Assembly: GCA_016932815.1 (NCBI GenBank)
Contig: JAFGCC010000014.1
Coordinates: 80,129 to 144,128, forward strand
Direction of reading: 5' to 3'
Origin: Candidatus Micrarchaeota archaeon
GTDB taxonomy: Archaea; Micrarchaeota; Micrarchaeia; Anstonellales; Bilamarchaeaceae
DNA length: 64,000 bases
The notes beneath the pieces are model-generated. The model was not told the origin of the DNA. It ran no database searches and worked only from the letters and a program-made list of their open reading frames with translations. Of the stretch, positions 35,034-44,866 are shown piece after piece. The translations under genes and the position numbers were made by a program. Within the stretch, counting starts at the first letter, position 1, and the number at the start of each line of letters is the position of its first letter.

Positions 35034-35837
35034 ATGGCGCGGAAGGTTTCAAAGAGGAAGAGGCCTTCTAGAGACGACTTTTTGTTCAAGGAGCGCTTCA
35101 AGCTTGAGAGCGAAGTGTTTGACCGCTCCACACTGCTTACCCTCTCCAAGCTGATTGGGAAGGGGATTTTCTCTACATTAGACAACCCCATTTCCACCGG
35201 TAAGGAGGCGAACGTTTTCCGCGCTAGTGTTGAATCCGGGGGGTTTTTGGCGGTCAAGATTTACAAGCTTGAGACTACGAGATTTATGAGGAGGAAAGAA
35301 TACCTTGAGGGGGACCAGAGGTTCGGGAAATTCCGGAGGACCGAGCGGGAATTCGTTACCGCTTTTGCGCAGAAAGAATACAAGAATTTGCAGATTTGCG
35401 AGAAGGTTGGGGTGCACGCTCCCCGCCCCCTGCTGCAGGAGAAGAACGTTTTGGTAATGGAATTCCTGGGGGAGGGGGGGATTCCTTATACTCCGTTGAA
35501 TGAGCTTGGGCCGGAATCGGTTTCGCAGCTTGAGGGCATCCTTATGGACTTGAGGAAACTGTATAAGGCCGGGCTTGTGCATGCGGATGTTAGCGAGTAT
35601 AATGTCCTTGTCGGGAGGAAGCCGTTCCTAATTGATTTTGGGCAGGGGGTTTTGCTCTCGCACCCGCATTCGGGAGATTACCTGGAGAGGGATGTCGGGA
35701 ACATCGTGAAGTATTTTTCCAAGCACGGCTTTGGGATGGATTTGGGGGTGGCTCTTAGGTACGTGAAGGGGGAGGGAAAGCTGCCGGGCAAGGCTGGCAA
35801 GAAGAAGGCGGAAGAAGGGAAAAAGAAGAAAGAGTGA
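35034..35837 (+). CDS. rio1: RIO1-type atypical serine protein kinase
   Basis: RIO motifs are present (STGKEANVF, LVHADVSEYNVLV, IDFGQ). Confidence 0.85.
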   Translation: MARKVSKRKRPSRDDFLFKERFKLESEVFDRSTLLTLSKLIGKGIFSTLDNPISTGKEANVFRASVESGGFLAVKIYKLETTRFMRRKEYLEGDQRFGKFRRTEREFVTAFAQKEYKNLQICEKVGVHAPRPLLQEKNVLVMEFLGEGGIPYTPLNELGPESVSQLEGILMDLRKLYKAGLVHADVSEYNVLVGRKPFLIDFGQGVLLSHPHSGDYLERDVGNIVKYFSKHGFGMDLGVALRYVKGEGKLPGKAGKKKAEEGKKKKE

Positions 35838-35856
35838 GCTTCCCTTTTGCTTAATC

Positions 35857-37668
35857 CTACATCCTATTTGGGATTGGGACTCCCAGCAGGCCCAATCCGC
35901 TTGAGAGCACTTTTTCAAATGCGACTACCATTGCGAGGCGGGTCTTTCTTTCTTCTTGTGTTTCCGCATTGAGCACGCGGCTGTTGGTGTAGAAGCGGCT
36001 AAACACGTTTGAGAGGTTGTAGATGTAATCGGCTATTATGTGCGGGCGCATCTTCCGTGATGCATCCTGCACCACTTCCGGGAACCTTCCTAGTTCCTTT
36101 AGGAGGCGCTTTTCGTCATCGTTGAATGCATGGGGCTGTGGGGACGGCTCGAAATTTGCCTTCTCCATGATCCTGCGGGCGCGGACGCACGCGTATTGGA
36201 GGTAGGGTCCCGAATCCCCTTCCAGGGAGAGGACCTCGTCCCACTTGAAAATGAGCTTTTTTTCGGGTGCGATTTTTAGGAAGGCATAGCGTATTGCGCC
36301 TGCTGAGACGGTTTTTGCAATCTCCTTTTTCTCGTCATCTTCGAAGTCGCCCTTTACCTTTTCCAGCGCGCGCTTTTGGCCTTCTTCTAGGAGTTCGTCT
36401 GCGGTGTGGCCTAGCCAGGTCCCCTTTCTTCCTGAGAACTTGGCTTCCGGGAGCCAGGCGTGCTCATAGGAGAGGTGGATGGAGTTCTTTGCCTCCTCTT
36501 CGAATCCGAGCAGGCCCATTACGTGGGCGATTACTTCCTGGGGGTATTTTTGCTCTACCCCGATTACGTTGATTACGAGTTCGGCTTTCCCGAATCCATC
36601 TTTCCTCTTTCCCTCTTTTGAGGTTATGTAGATGCTCTTGCCGTTGGGATTTGAGAGGAATTTTTCATAGTTGAATTCGCCGTTTAACTTTCCGAACTTC
36701 CAGAGCTGGAAGACCATGTCTTTTCCGGTGTAGGTTGCGGTTCCGTTGCTCCTAATTAGGATTTTGTCGGGGTCTTCCATCCCGCTCATTTTCCCTCCGA
36801 GCTTTACCACCCAGCAGCCTTCATTCTTGCCGGAAGTTTCGTGGTGGACGGCGTTGTTGTCTTTTAGCTTTTGCATTCCCTCCTTGAAAACTTCGCGAAG
36901 GATGTCGCTCTCACAGATTAGGGCATCGTGGGACACTCCGTAATTGGAGGCGGTCTCATACTGGGCCCTTACGCATTCTTCGGTTAGTTTTCTTGCCTGT
37001 TCTGCCACATCCCCGCTTCCGGATTCCATCTGCTTTAGGATGCCTTCGGCTTCCTTCTTTACTATTGCGTCCTGCTCCATCTTGGAGGCTACTTTTACGT
37101 ATTCGGCTCCCATCCAGTGGTCGGCTTTTCCTTCTATTTTGCCTTCGCTGTTGAGATACCCCCAGAGGCTTTGCGCAACTTGCAATCCCAAATCATCTAT
37201 GTAGTCTAGCCTCTGGACTTCGTCGCCCCCGAATTCCAGGATGTTGGCTACGCTGTTGCCCAGGAGCGCATTCCTTAGGTGGCCTATGTGCCAGGGCTTG
37301 TTCGGGTTTACCGCGGGGGATTCCACTATTACCCTGCGGTTGTTGCCGCCCCTTCCGTATGCTTTGCCTTCGTTGAGTATTTTGGTGCAAACTTCACTGA
37401 AAAAGGAATCGGAGAGGAAGAAGTTTATGTAGGGGCCTGTCGGCTCGGCTTTTTTTACCCATTCGTGGGACTCTAGTTTTGCCGCGATTTCCTGTGCCGC
37501 CTGCACCGGGCTCATTTTCATTTTCTTTGAGGCTATGAAGCTGATTTTGCTTGCAATGTCGCCCTTTCCTTCCTCTGCCACCTCTAAGGTTTTTAGGCAG
37601 AGTTCGGTTGGTTCGCCTGTTGCTAAACTAATGAGCTTGGATAGCTGGTGCTTGGCGTTTGCAATCAT
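35857..37668 (-). CDS. argS: Arginyl-tRNA synthetase
   Basis: The class I HIGH motif is present (PNKPWHIGHLRNA). The protein is 603 aa and ends in the C-terminal Met characteristic of ArgS. Confidence 0.9.
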   Translation of the reverse strand: MIANAKHQLSKLISLATGEPTELCLKTLEVAEEGKGDIASKISFIASKKMKMSPVQAAQEIAAKLESHEWVKKAEPTGPYINFFLSDSFFSEVCTKILNEGKAYGRGGNNRRVIVESPAVNPNKPWHIGHLRNALLGNSVANILEFGGDEVQRLDYIDDLGLQVAQSLWGYLNSEGKIEGKADHWMGAEYVKVASKMEQDAIVKKEAEGILKQMESGSGDVAEQARKLTEECVRAQYETASNYGVSHDALICESDILREVFKEGMQKLKDNNAVHHETSGKNEGCWVVKLGGKMSGMEDPDKILIRSNGTATYTGKDMVFQLWKFGKLNGEFNYEKFLSNPNGKSIYITSKEGKRKDGFGKAELVINVIGVEQKYPQEVIAHVMGLLGFEEEAKNSIHLSYEHAWLPEAKFSGRKGTWLGHTADELLEEGQKRALEKVKGDFEDDEKKEIAKTVSAGAIRYAFLKIAPEKKLIFKWDEVLSLEGDSGPYLQYACVRARRIMEKANFEPSPQPHAFNDDEKRLLKELGRFPEVVQDASRKMRPHIIADYIYNLSNVFSRFYTNSRVLNAETQEERKTRLAMVVAFEKVLSSGLGLLGVPIPNRM

Positions 37669-37721
37669 GAGGGGGAATTTGTACGATAATAAATATAAAG
37701 CGTGCTTTCATTCTTTACTTT

Positions 37722-38441
37722 ATGGGCCACTATGGGAAAGGGTTCGGCATGGAAGGGATTTCGGTTTCCAGAATGCGGGAGCTTGATTCCAAAGCCGTTG
37801 CTGCGGGGACACCTGTTTTGGAACTAATGGAGCGCGCGGGTAGGGAGTGCGCTAAATTCATTGGAGGGGAGTTTGGGGAGGGCAAACGGATTCTGGTTTT
37901 CTGCGGGCCGGGAAACAACGGTGGGGACGGGCTTGTTTGCGCACGCTATTTGCACAAAGGAAATTCTGTGCGGATTTGTGTTGTTGGAGAACCCAAAACC
38001 CCTGCGGCAAAGGGGAATTTGCTGCGCGCAAAGAAGGCGGGGGTGGGGATTATTGCCTTTGGGGGAGATGGGGAGGGGGCTGTTGCTGCCGGGGAAGCAA
38101 AAGCGGATTGGAAAGCGGCGCTAAAAGAATTGGGGGAGGAACTAAAATCCGCGGACATGGTTGTGGATGCGCTCCTGGGAGTTGGAGCAAAGCTTCCCTT
38201 GCGCGGGAAGATGCTGGATGCGTGCAGGCTCATTAATTCTTCTGCTGGTTTTGCAAAGCCCCCGAAAATCGTTTCTATTGACGTTCCCACTGGAATGGAT
38301 GCGGATACCGGGAAAACGGATTATGATGCGGTTGCGCCGGATATTACTATCTGCATGCACGCACCTAAAATCGGGGAGCTAAAGGCGGGGGAGAGGAAAA
38401 CGGGAAGGCTCGTGGTTGCGGACATCGGGCTGGGAGGGTGA
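37722..38441 (+). CDS. NAD(P)H-hydrate epimerase (YjeF N-terminal domain); alternative start at 37749
   Basis: The YjeF_N signature is present (VFCGPGNNGGDGLVCARYL, and DALLGVG). Confidence 0.8.
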   Translation: MGHYGKGFGMEGISVSRMRELDSKAVAAGTPVLELMERAGRECAKFIGGEFGEGKRILVFCGPGNNGGDGLVCARYLHKGNSVRICVVGEPKTPAAKGNLLRAKKAGVGIIAFGGDGEGAVAAGEAKADWKAALKELGEELKSADMVVDALLGVGAKLPLRGKMLDACRLINSSAGFAKPPKIVSIDVPTGMDADTGKTDYDAVAPDITICMHAPKIGELKAGERKTGRLVVADIGLGG

Positions 38442-38532
38442 TTCCCGCGTGCCCGCTAAAGGCATCCCGGGTAAAAGGGCAATAATAGCACTTTTTATAC
38501 TTTTCACCACTATTAATTACATTAATCCATAG

Positions 38533-39861
38533 ATGAATTGCCGGGTAATGATTATGAAAGAGAGATTTCTTGCTGCACCAAGGAGAGGTATGGGGAAGGA
38601 AGGGAAACAGGTGGTGCTGGGCACCGCAAGGGAATCTTCCAGAAGGGAGTTCTCCAGGTTGGCTGGGGCAGCACTCCTTCTTGCGCCCCTCATGCTGCCA
38701 TCTGTCGCTTTTCCCTCGGGAAAGAAGGAAGAGATAAACCTCAGCAACAAGGAGATTGAGAGGCTTGGGCTGCTGGGGCAGGAATGTGCCGTGCCTACGC
38801 TAATTGGCATCCTAAATAGCCGGAAATCCGTTACCACAAAGCAGTACGCTGCGCAGGCCCTCGGGAGAATCGGAGGGGAGAAGGCGGAGAGGGCATTGCT
38901 CAAGGTCGTAAAGAACAGGCTCAATGAAGAAGATTTAAGGGACTGGGCCCTGATGGCGCTTGGGGAGATTGGAGGCGAGAAGGCGCTGGATGCCGCAATT
39001 GCGTCCATGAAGGACAGGAGCATCACAATTCGGTACACGGCAATTGATGTGGCTTCGGGAATCGGAGGGGGGAAAGCGGAGAAGGCACTGCTTCCCATGA
39101 TAAGGGACCGCAGTGACTTCGTAAGGTGCAGGGCCGTGGAAATGGTTGGAAAACTGCGCGTAGAAAAAGCCGTTCCGGGGTTGAGGAGGATCCTAAAGAA
39201 TCCCAGGGAATTCGAATACGTCAAGGAAGAGGCAATCGGGGCACTCAACCGGATTGGAGGGGAGGCGGCTAGCAAGGCATTGGAAGAAGCTTCACATAAG
39301 AACCTGGCGAAAACGAAGGAAAAAAACGCCATTGAGATTCTTGGGAGGGAAAGCGGCAACCTTTCTACGGCATCGATAGCCACTGCGCTCTCACACCGGT
39401 CGGCAAATGTGAGAATCAAGGCCGCCAAGCTTCTTGGGAAGAGGGACAGCAGGGAGTCTGCTGATGCGCTCATTGGGGCACTGGAGGATGGGCATGCCCG
39501 GGTGCGCGCATATGCCGCAGAATCCCTGGGGAAGATAGGCCGGGGCGCGGGGGCGCTCATAGACCTGCTTGATAAGGAGAAGGTCATATGGGTGAGGCAG
39601 ATGGTGCTCCTTGCGCTTGCGGATATGGAATGCAGGAATGCGCTTCCGACTATAATCGGCATAGTGGAGGAGGGGCTGAGGAACAAGAACTATGATATAG
39701 AAGAGCTGCGCATTGCGGTGTCCGTCCTTGGGACGCTGGGGGACTCTTCCAATATTCCCCTGCTTGAGAGGGTGCGTGAGCAGTATGGGCTCGGGCATGT
39801 GGGCAGCAACGCTTTCTACGCAATAGGGAAGATACAAGAGCGCTGTGGGAGAGCGGAATAA
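38533..39861 (+). CDS. Secreted or periplasm-facing PBS-lyase-type HEAT-repeat protein
   Basis: It begins with a signal-peptide-like N-terminus (AGAALLLAPLMLPSVAFP), followed by at least nine HEAT-like repeats (VRYTAIDVASGIGGGKAEKALLPMIRDRSDFVRCRAVEMVGKL). Confidence 0.75.
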   Translation: MNCRVMIMKERFLAAPRRGMGKEGKQVVLGTARESSRREFSRLAGAALLLAPLMLPSVAFPSGKKEEINLSNKEIERLGLLGQECAVPTLIGILNSRKSVTTKQYAAQALGRIGGEKAERALLKVVKNRLNEEDLRDWALMALGEIGGEKALDAAIASMKDRSITIRYTAIDVASGIGGGKAEKALLPMIRDRSDFVRCRAVEMVGKLRVEKAVPGLRRILKNPREFEYVKEEAIGALNRIGGEAASKALEEASHKNLAKTKEKNAIEILGRESGNLSTASIATALSHRSANVRIKAAKLLGKRDSRESADALIGALEDGHARVRAYAAESLGKIGRGAGALIDLLDKEKVIWVRQMVLLALADMECRNALPTIIGIVEEGLRNKNYDIEELRIAVSVLGTLGDSSNIPLLERVREQYGLGHVGSNAFYAIGKIQERCGRAE

Positions 39862-39917
39862 GCGGATGCTCCGTTTAAGTGCATGCCCTTGAGAGGGTTT
39901 TGCCCTCCTAACCCCTT

Positions 39918-39932
39918 CCCCCCTTGCGGGGG
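39918..39932 (+). terminator. GC hairpin CCCCC-TTGC-GGGGG followed by a T-rich tract (possible terminator ahead of the presenilin-homolog gene's promoter)
   Basis: The hairpin is an inverted repeat. It is followed by cttcctttatattctc, which also supplies a TATA box for the downstream gene. Confidence 0.3.
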
Positions 39933-39970
39933 CGCTTCCTTTATATTCTCTTTCTGCATTATCTGGGCAG

Positions 39971-40801
39971 ATGAAGCTCTACATACAGCTCCTGCTAATG
40001 TTCATAGCGAGCCAGATACTCGGAATCTATACCGGGGCTTACATACTAGAAGACGCGATGGCGAACGAATACGTGCGCTCGATGATGACTATTGAGTCGG
40101 GGCCCACGGCGATTCCCTACTTCGTGGTTTCGGTGCTGATTGGGGCGGGAATTTTCATAATACTGCACAAGCTGCACATTTCCCTGTTGTTTAGGCTTCT
40201 TGAAATCGGGGTGATTAGCACTACCACCTCGGTTTTCGCTTATGCTTTTGTGAAGCCCCTGCTTGTGGGGACGCTTGAATCCATGGCTGCTGCAATAGCT
40301 ATTGCGGTTGTTTTTGCGGTTTTGAAGCAGGTTTTCCATGGGCTAAAGAACCTTGCCGCAATCACTTCAAGTGCCGGGGCGGGGGCGGTATTCGGGTTCA
40401 CTTTCGGCTTCAGCAACGCCTTAGTCTTCCTGCTCATACTGGCGGTTTATGATTACATCTCCGTTTACAAGACCAGGCACATGATTACGATGGCAAATGA
40501 AATCGTAAAGAGGGACATGGCATTTACCATCTCGGCTGAGAAAAAAGAGGAGGGGTACAAGAAGAAATCCAGGCTGGATTTGGGGACAGGGGACATTTCC
40601 CTTCCGATAATGGCGGAGGTGGCCGCTTATGCTATTAGCCCCATGCTCTCGTTATTCGTATTTTGCGGCGCGGTTGCGGGAACTTTAGTCGTGCTTTATG
40701 CTGCCTGGAGGCACAAGTGCGTCCTTCCCGCCCTCCCCCCGATTGCCGCTGGGATATTCCTGTTTTCGCTTATAGCGATTGCCCTGGGTTTTGTGGATTA
40801 G
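39971..40801 (+). CDS. Presenilin/signal-peptide-peptidase family intramembrane aspartyl protease (archaeal PSH, A22)
   Basis: Polytopic, with the YD motif in a TM segment (LAVYDYISVY), the GxGD motif (LGTGDISLPIM) and a PAL-like motif (VLPALPPIAAG). Confidence 0.75.
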   Translation: MKLYIQLLLMFIASQILGIYTGAYILEDAMANEYVRSMMTIESGPTAIPYFVVSVLIGAGIFIILHKLHISLLFRLLEIGVISTTTSVFAYAFVKPLLVGTLESMAAAIAIAVVFAVLKQVFHGLKNLAAITSSAGAGAVFGFTFGFSNALVFLLILAVYDYISVYKTRHMITMANEIVKRDMAFTISAEKKEEGYKKKSRLDLGTGDISLPIMAEVAAYAISPMLSLFVFCGAVAGTLVVLYAAWRHKCVLPALPPIAAGIFLFSLIAIALGFVD

Positions 40802-40826
40802 TAAAGGGGCTCCGAAGGAGCGGGGG

Positions 40827-41312
40827 CTAAGGGCTGCGGATTATTTCCGTTAGCTTGGAGATGAATTCTTCGCGGGGCAGATAATAGCCTTTGAGCGGCT
40901 CTGTGGAAAACGCTGCCTCCCCCTGCCCGGAGTGGCGGCGGACGTGTGCCCTCCTCATGGCTGCGGCCTCGGAGGCTTTCGTGGTTGCCTCCCAGTTGCC
41001 ATCAAGCGCCTTGAACGTGTGCATCCGGGAAAAGGGGTCTTCGCAGAAAACGGCTATGAAAATGAGCGCATCTGTCTTGCCCTCCCTTTTTAGCTGCAAG
41101 ATTGCGCTTTTCTTTTCGCGGCTGTTGCCATTTAGGAGCGTGCTGGCCAGGGTTCTTGGGGCGGCGTGCCTGTACAAGAGGGGCTTTGCATTCTTGAAAT
41201 TGTTCCTGCGCTTTGCGGATAGTTGGTTGTGGGGAATTTGCTGCCCCCTCGGGCCATTGTGCCCTTGGGAAGTGCAGGAAACTTTTCTGCGAACCGGCAT
41301 CATCATGGACAT
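40827..41312 (-). CDS. Hypothetical protein (161 aa), downstream of Trm5 on the same strand
   Basis: The C-terminal ~100 aa look coding (ALIFIAVFCEDPFSRMHTFKALDGNWEATTK...YYLPREEFISKLTEII). No family was recognised. Confidence 0.45.
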   Translation of the reverse strand: MSMMMPVRRKVSCTSQGHNGPRGQQIPHNQLSAKRRNNFKNAKPLLYRHAAPRTLASTLLNGNSREKKSAILQLKREGKTDALIFIAVFCEDPFSRMHTFKALDGNWEATTKASEAAAMRRAHVRRHSGQGEAAFSTEPLKGYYLPREEFISKLTEIIRSP

Positions 41313-41339
41313 ATTGTGTTCAAAAGAGCTTATAAACGG

Positions 41340-42467
41340 TTATCGTTTTTTGGAAACCCGGAAATCGATTGCGAACTGCGCGGTGGAAGCTGAGTAGGGG
41401 CGCACTTCCTTTTCAAAGAGGAATTCCACTTCCCTGTTTAGCCTGCGGGCGATTTTGGTTATTTCCCTTTTTGCCTCCCTGGTTCCGGCTTCCCGCTCAA
41501 GCATTGTATAGAAGTGGATTGTGCATCCGTCTTTTGCGGCAACCATTGCCGGCTCCAGGAACTCTCCTGCGCCCATTGGGAGGGGCATCGCAATCCTGTC
41601 TGCCCAGGAGGCGAAGCGGAGGGAGCACTCCTTTTTGGCATCCCCTAGAATCGCTTCCGTGTTTGTGAGCTTGTTGAGCTTTATGTTCTCCTTGAAATAG
41701 CGGATTGCATCCGGGTTTAATTCCACTCCGGCAACCTTGCATTTGGGGTGGGCTTTTGCAACCTCCAATGCGAAGGGGCCTATCCCCGCAAAGAGGATTA
41801 GGACGTTTTCTTTGTCTTTTGCGGCTTCGGCTATCCTTTTGCGCTCCGTGCTGAGCCTCGGGGAGAAATACACTTTTGAGAGGTCAAGCTTCATCCTTAC
41901 CCCGTTTTCGGTGTATTCTGTTTCGGTGCGGTTCTCGCCTGCTATGTGGGCAAGGGGGGTTACGCGGAACACTCCTTCTCTTCCCCCGGTTTTCCGAAAT
42001 ACCGCCTTTACCCTTTTTTCCCCTTCTAGGAGGAGCTCGCCTATTTCCTTTTGGAGGGGCTCCATTTCCTTGGGGACCTGGATTATCGCTATGTCGCCTA
42101 TTACTTCGTAGGAGGAGAGGATTCCCTTTGCTTTTTCCTCGCCGAACCTTTTTGAAAAAAGGATTCTAAAGCTCCCCTGCTGCTCTTTTGCTTCCAGCTT
42201 TGCTTCCACTACCTTTGCGCCTTTTGGGAGGCTTGCCCCTTCCGCTTTGGGCGGGGTGAGAGGCTCCCCGTTTCCGCGCGCCCATGGGGAGGGCTTGGAA
42301 TCTTCGTTGATTTTTTTTGCGGATTCTCCTGTTATCGGGAGCAGGAGGAAATCGCCTTCTTTGCCTATTGTGCGGGATTCGTCTAGGGCGCCCATTGATT
42401 TTAGGGCTTCCTTTGCTTTCTGCCCGTCCTTCTTTTTTACGCGAAGGGCGTATCCGTCTTCCTCCAT
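41340..42467 (-). CDS. trm5: tRNA (m1G37) methyltransferase Trm5 / TYW2-like (Met-10+ family)
   Basis: Has the SAM-binding motif ILFAGIGPFALEVA together with VYFSPRLSTERKRI. Confidence 0.8.
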   Translation of the reverse strand: MEEDGYALRVKKKDGQKAKEALKSMGALDESRTIGKEGDFLLLPITGESAKKINEDSKPSPWARGNGEPLTPPKAEGASLPKGAKVVEAKLEAKEQQGSFRILFSKRFGEEKAKGILSSYEVIGDIAIIQVPKEMEPLQKEIGELLLEGEKRVKAVFRKTGGREGVFRVTPLAHIAGENRTETEYTENGVRMKLDLSKVYFSPRLSTERKRIAEAAKDKENVLILFAGIGPFALEVAKAHPKCKVAGVELNPDAIRYFKENIKLNKLTNTEAILGDAKKECSLRFASWADRIAMPLPMGAGEFLEPAMVAAKDGCTIHFYTMLEREAGTREAKREITKIARRLNREVEFLFEKEVRPYSASTAQFAIDFRVSKKR

Positions 42468-42523
42468 TGGAGGGGAATTGCCGCATTCATGTATTTAAGT
42501 TTCACTATGCAAGGTTTCCCCAG

Positions 42524-43489
42524 ATGGAGGAGAAGGAATATTTATCGTGGCTGTCTTCCTATACGGAGGCAGAAGAATGCGTTAGGACGCAGGGGGGATT
42601 GCCGTATTATTTGCGGGTGAATCTGCTAAAGGCGGGGGTGGGGGAGTATCTTTCATGGACTAAATTGGGGCTGGAGGAGACTTTTCTTCCTTATGCTTTT
42701 AGGGTTGGGGAGGTTCCCGAAGGCGGGCTTGGGAACACCATTGATTATGCTAGCGGGTGGATGCATACGCAGAGTTTATCCTCCATGCTTCCTCCTGCGG
42801 TGCTCTCGCCCGTATCCGGGGAAACGATTCTGGATATTTGCGCGGCTCCCGGGTCCAAGACCACGCAGTGCGCTGCACTAATGGGGAATTCCGGGGTGAT
42901 TGTTGCAAACGATTCGAATAGGGGGAGGATTAGCGCGCTTTCTTCAAACCTTGAGAGGCTTGGGGTGATAAATGCCTGCACCATGAACCAGGATGGGGTG
43001 AGGTTCACTTCCAAGCACCGCTTTGATAGGATATTGGTGGATGCGCCGTGCTCCGGGCTTGGGAGCAACGAGAATGCGCATAAGTGGTGGGATGAGAAGT
43101 ATTCGCGGAATATAAGTGCGCTGCAGACTGGGATATTGAAGAATGCCTTTGCGCATTTGAAAGAGGGCGGGGTTTTGGTTTATTCAACCTGCACTTATGC
43201 TAAGGAGGAAAACGAGGTTCCGGTTTCGAGATTGCTAGAAACGCATGAGGACTCTAGGCTTGAGCAGGTGCGTGTTGTTTTGGGGGAGGGTGAGGGAGGG
43301 GCTGGCGCAGAAGGAAAGGGGGTGACTGCCACAAGGAGTGGTGGGGGGGAGGTTAAGGCAGGTGTGCCCATTCCCAATTCGCAGCCTGGGCTCTCAGAAT
43401 TCGGCAACGAATTTAGGAAGGTTGCGCGGGTTTATCCGCACGAATTCGGGAGCGAGGGATTCTTCGTTGCCAAGATACGGCGCACATAG
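42524..43489 (+). CDS. NOL1/NOP2/Sun family RNA cytosine-C5 methyltransferase (start at MEEKEY)
   Basis: Has the family motifs DICAAPGSKT, LVDAPCSGLG and VYSTCT, ending in a Gly/Glu-rich tail. A TATA box (gtatttaag) lies about 25 nt upstream. Confidence 0.85.
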   Translation: MEEKEYLSWLSSYTEAEECVRTQGGLPYYLRVNLLKAGVGEYLSWTKLGLEETFLPYAFRVGEVPEGGLGNTIDYASGWMHTQSLSSMLPPAVLSPVSGETILDICAAPGSKTTQCAALMGNSGVIVANDSNRGRISALSSNLERLGVINACTMNQDGVRFTSKHRFDRILVDAPCSGLGSNENAHKWWDEKYSRNISALQTGILKNAFAHLKEGGVLVYSTCTYAKEENEVPVSRLLETHEDSRLEQVRVVLGEGEGGAGAEGKGVTATRSGGGEVKAGVPIPNSQPGLSEFGNEFRKVARVYPHEFGSEGFFVAKIRRT

Positions 43490-43570
43490 ACGATTGGCGG
43501 GCAGGTGTCCGTTTTGAGGCCTCGTGCAAAGGGGAGGATATATATATATCTATCATTGTATATTCATCAT

Positions 43571-44860
43571 ATGGCAAAAGATTTCAAGAATGCTCCGACC
43601 GGGGAATTGATAGCAGTGCTGGAAAATGAGGCTGCGCAGTCCTCAACCCGGCTTGAGGCCATAAAAGAACTTGGAAGGCGGAAGGAACCGGAGGCGGCTA
43701 CTGCTTTGAGCAATGCTGCCCTGCATGATAAGAGTGCGGATGTGAGGCGCTTTGCGGCTATGGCCCTTGGGGAGGCCAACGGTGAGAAAGCGTTTCCCAT
43801 ACTGATTAAGTTGCTTCAGGACGAGTCTCCGGGCGTGAGGGAAGCATCTGCACTTGCGCTTGGGAGGATTGGGGGGACTAGGCCCAAGCTTCCTGGAGAA
43901 AAGAAAGCGAGGGATGCGCTGCTTAATATTCTGAAGGATAAATATATGGAGGATGCGCAGGTAAGGGCGGCTGCCGCTTCCAGCCTGGGCTGGATCAACA
44001 TGGGCCAGCCCAAATCAGGCGTAACTAATGGAAGGAAGGCGGATGCGGAGGTTATTTCCTCCTTGATTAATGTATTGGGGGATGATGAGGGAAAGATGCT
44101 TTCCGGCTTTGCTGAGGCATTTGGGGAAAATGCGAGAACACTAGCAATCTTAAGGACCGAAATTCTCAGGGTGAAGGCGGCTGAGGCTCTGGGAACAATC
44201 GGGAACCGGTCCGCAGTTCCCAGCTTGATTAAGGCTCTGGGGGATGAAAATCCCAACCTCGTGTTTTCGGCCACGGGCGCTCTTGGGAAAATTGGGGGAA
44301 CGAAATCGAGGGATGCGCTGCTTAATGTAATGGAGGATGAAAAAAGAGATGTGAAGCTTAGGGCATATGCCGCTTTTAAATTGGGCCAGATTAGCGGGGC
44401 GAAAACGGATGCGAAAATTGTTTCCGCCCTGATTAAGGCATTGGAGAGTGGGCATGAGAAGATTAGGGAAAGTGCGGCCAACTCCCTTGGGATAATTGGG
44501 GACGCATCTTCCATACCTGCTTTGGTTAAGACGGTCCTAAACGACAATGCTAAAGTTAGGCGCTCTGCAGCTGGCGCTCTTAGGAGTATGGGGGCAAAGG
44601 CCGTTCCCGCGCTGCTGGAAGTAATAAGCGAGGGGGAGAACCCCTTCCGGAGGGGCAAGACTTCGGATGAAGAAGCGGTTCTTGCCGTGAAAATGCTTAT
44701 GGAAGTCGGGGACTCTTCTGCATTGCCCCAACTTGAGCAGGCTATGCGGCACGGGAACGAGGCGGTGAAGAATGCGGCTTACGATGCAATCAGGGCGATA
44801 GAGGCGCGTGCGGAGCCTGAAACTACTGCCAGCAAGCCCCAGAAGCTAAAGCGCAGGTAA
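43571..44860 (+). CDS. PBS-lyase-type HEAT-repeat protein (cytoplasmic, 429 aa from MAKDFKN)
   Basis: It has at least ten HEAT-like repeats (VRRFAAMALGEANGEKAFPILIKLLQDESPGVREASALALGRIGG). Confidence 0.8.
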   Translation: MAKDFKNAPTGELIAVLENEAAQSSTRLEAIKELGRRKEPEAATALSNAALHDKSADVRRFAAMALGEANGEKAFPILIKLLQDESPGVREASALALGRIGGTRPKLPGEKKARDALLNILKDKYMEDAQVRAAAASSLGWINMGQPKSGVTNGRKADAEVISSLINVLGDDEGKMLSGFAEAFGENARTLAILRTEILRVKAAEALGTIGNRSAVPSLIKALGDENPNLVFSATGALGKIGGTKSRDALLNVMEDEKRDVKLRAYAAFKLGQISGAKTDAKIVSALIKALESGHEKIRESAANSLGIIGDASSIPALVKTVLNDNAKVRRSAAGALRSMGAKAVPALLEVISEGENPFRRGKTSDEEAVLAVKMLMEVGDSSALPQLEQAMRHGNEAVKNAAYDAIRAIEARAEPETTASKPQKLKRR

Positions 44861-44866
44861 GAGGAT

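Noticed and set aside
38517-39686. 389-aa minus-strand ORF antisense to the secreted HEAT-repeat gene; similarly 43816..44658 antisense to the second HEAT gene
   Set aside because: They are Ser/Ala/Pro-rich with low complexity, and the plus-strand genes have clear HEAT repeats.
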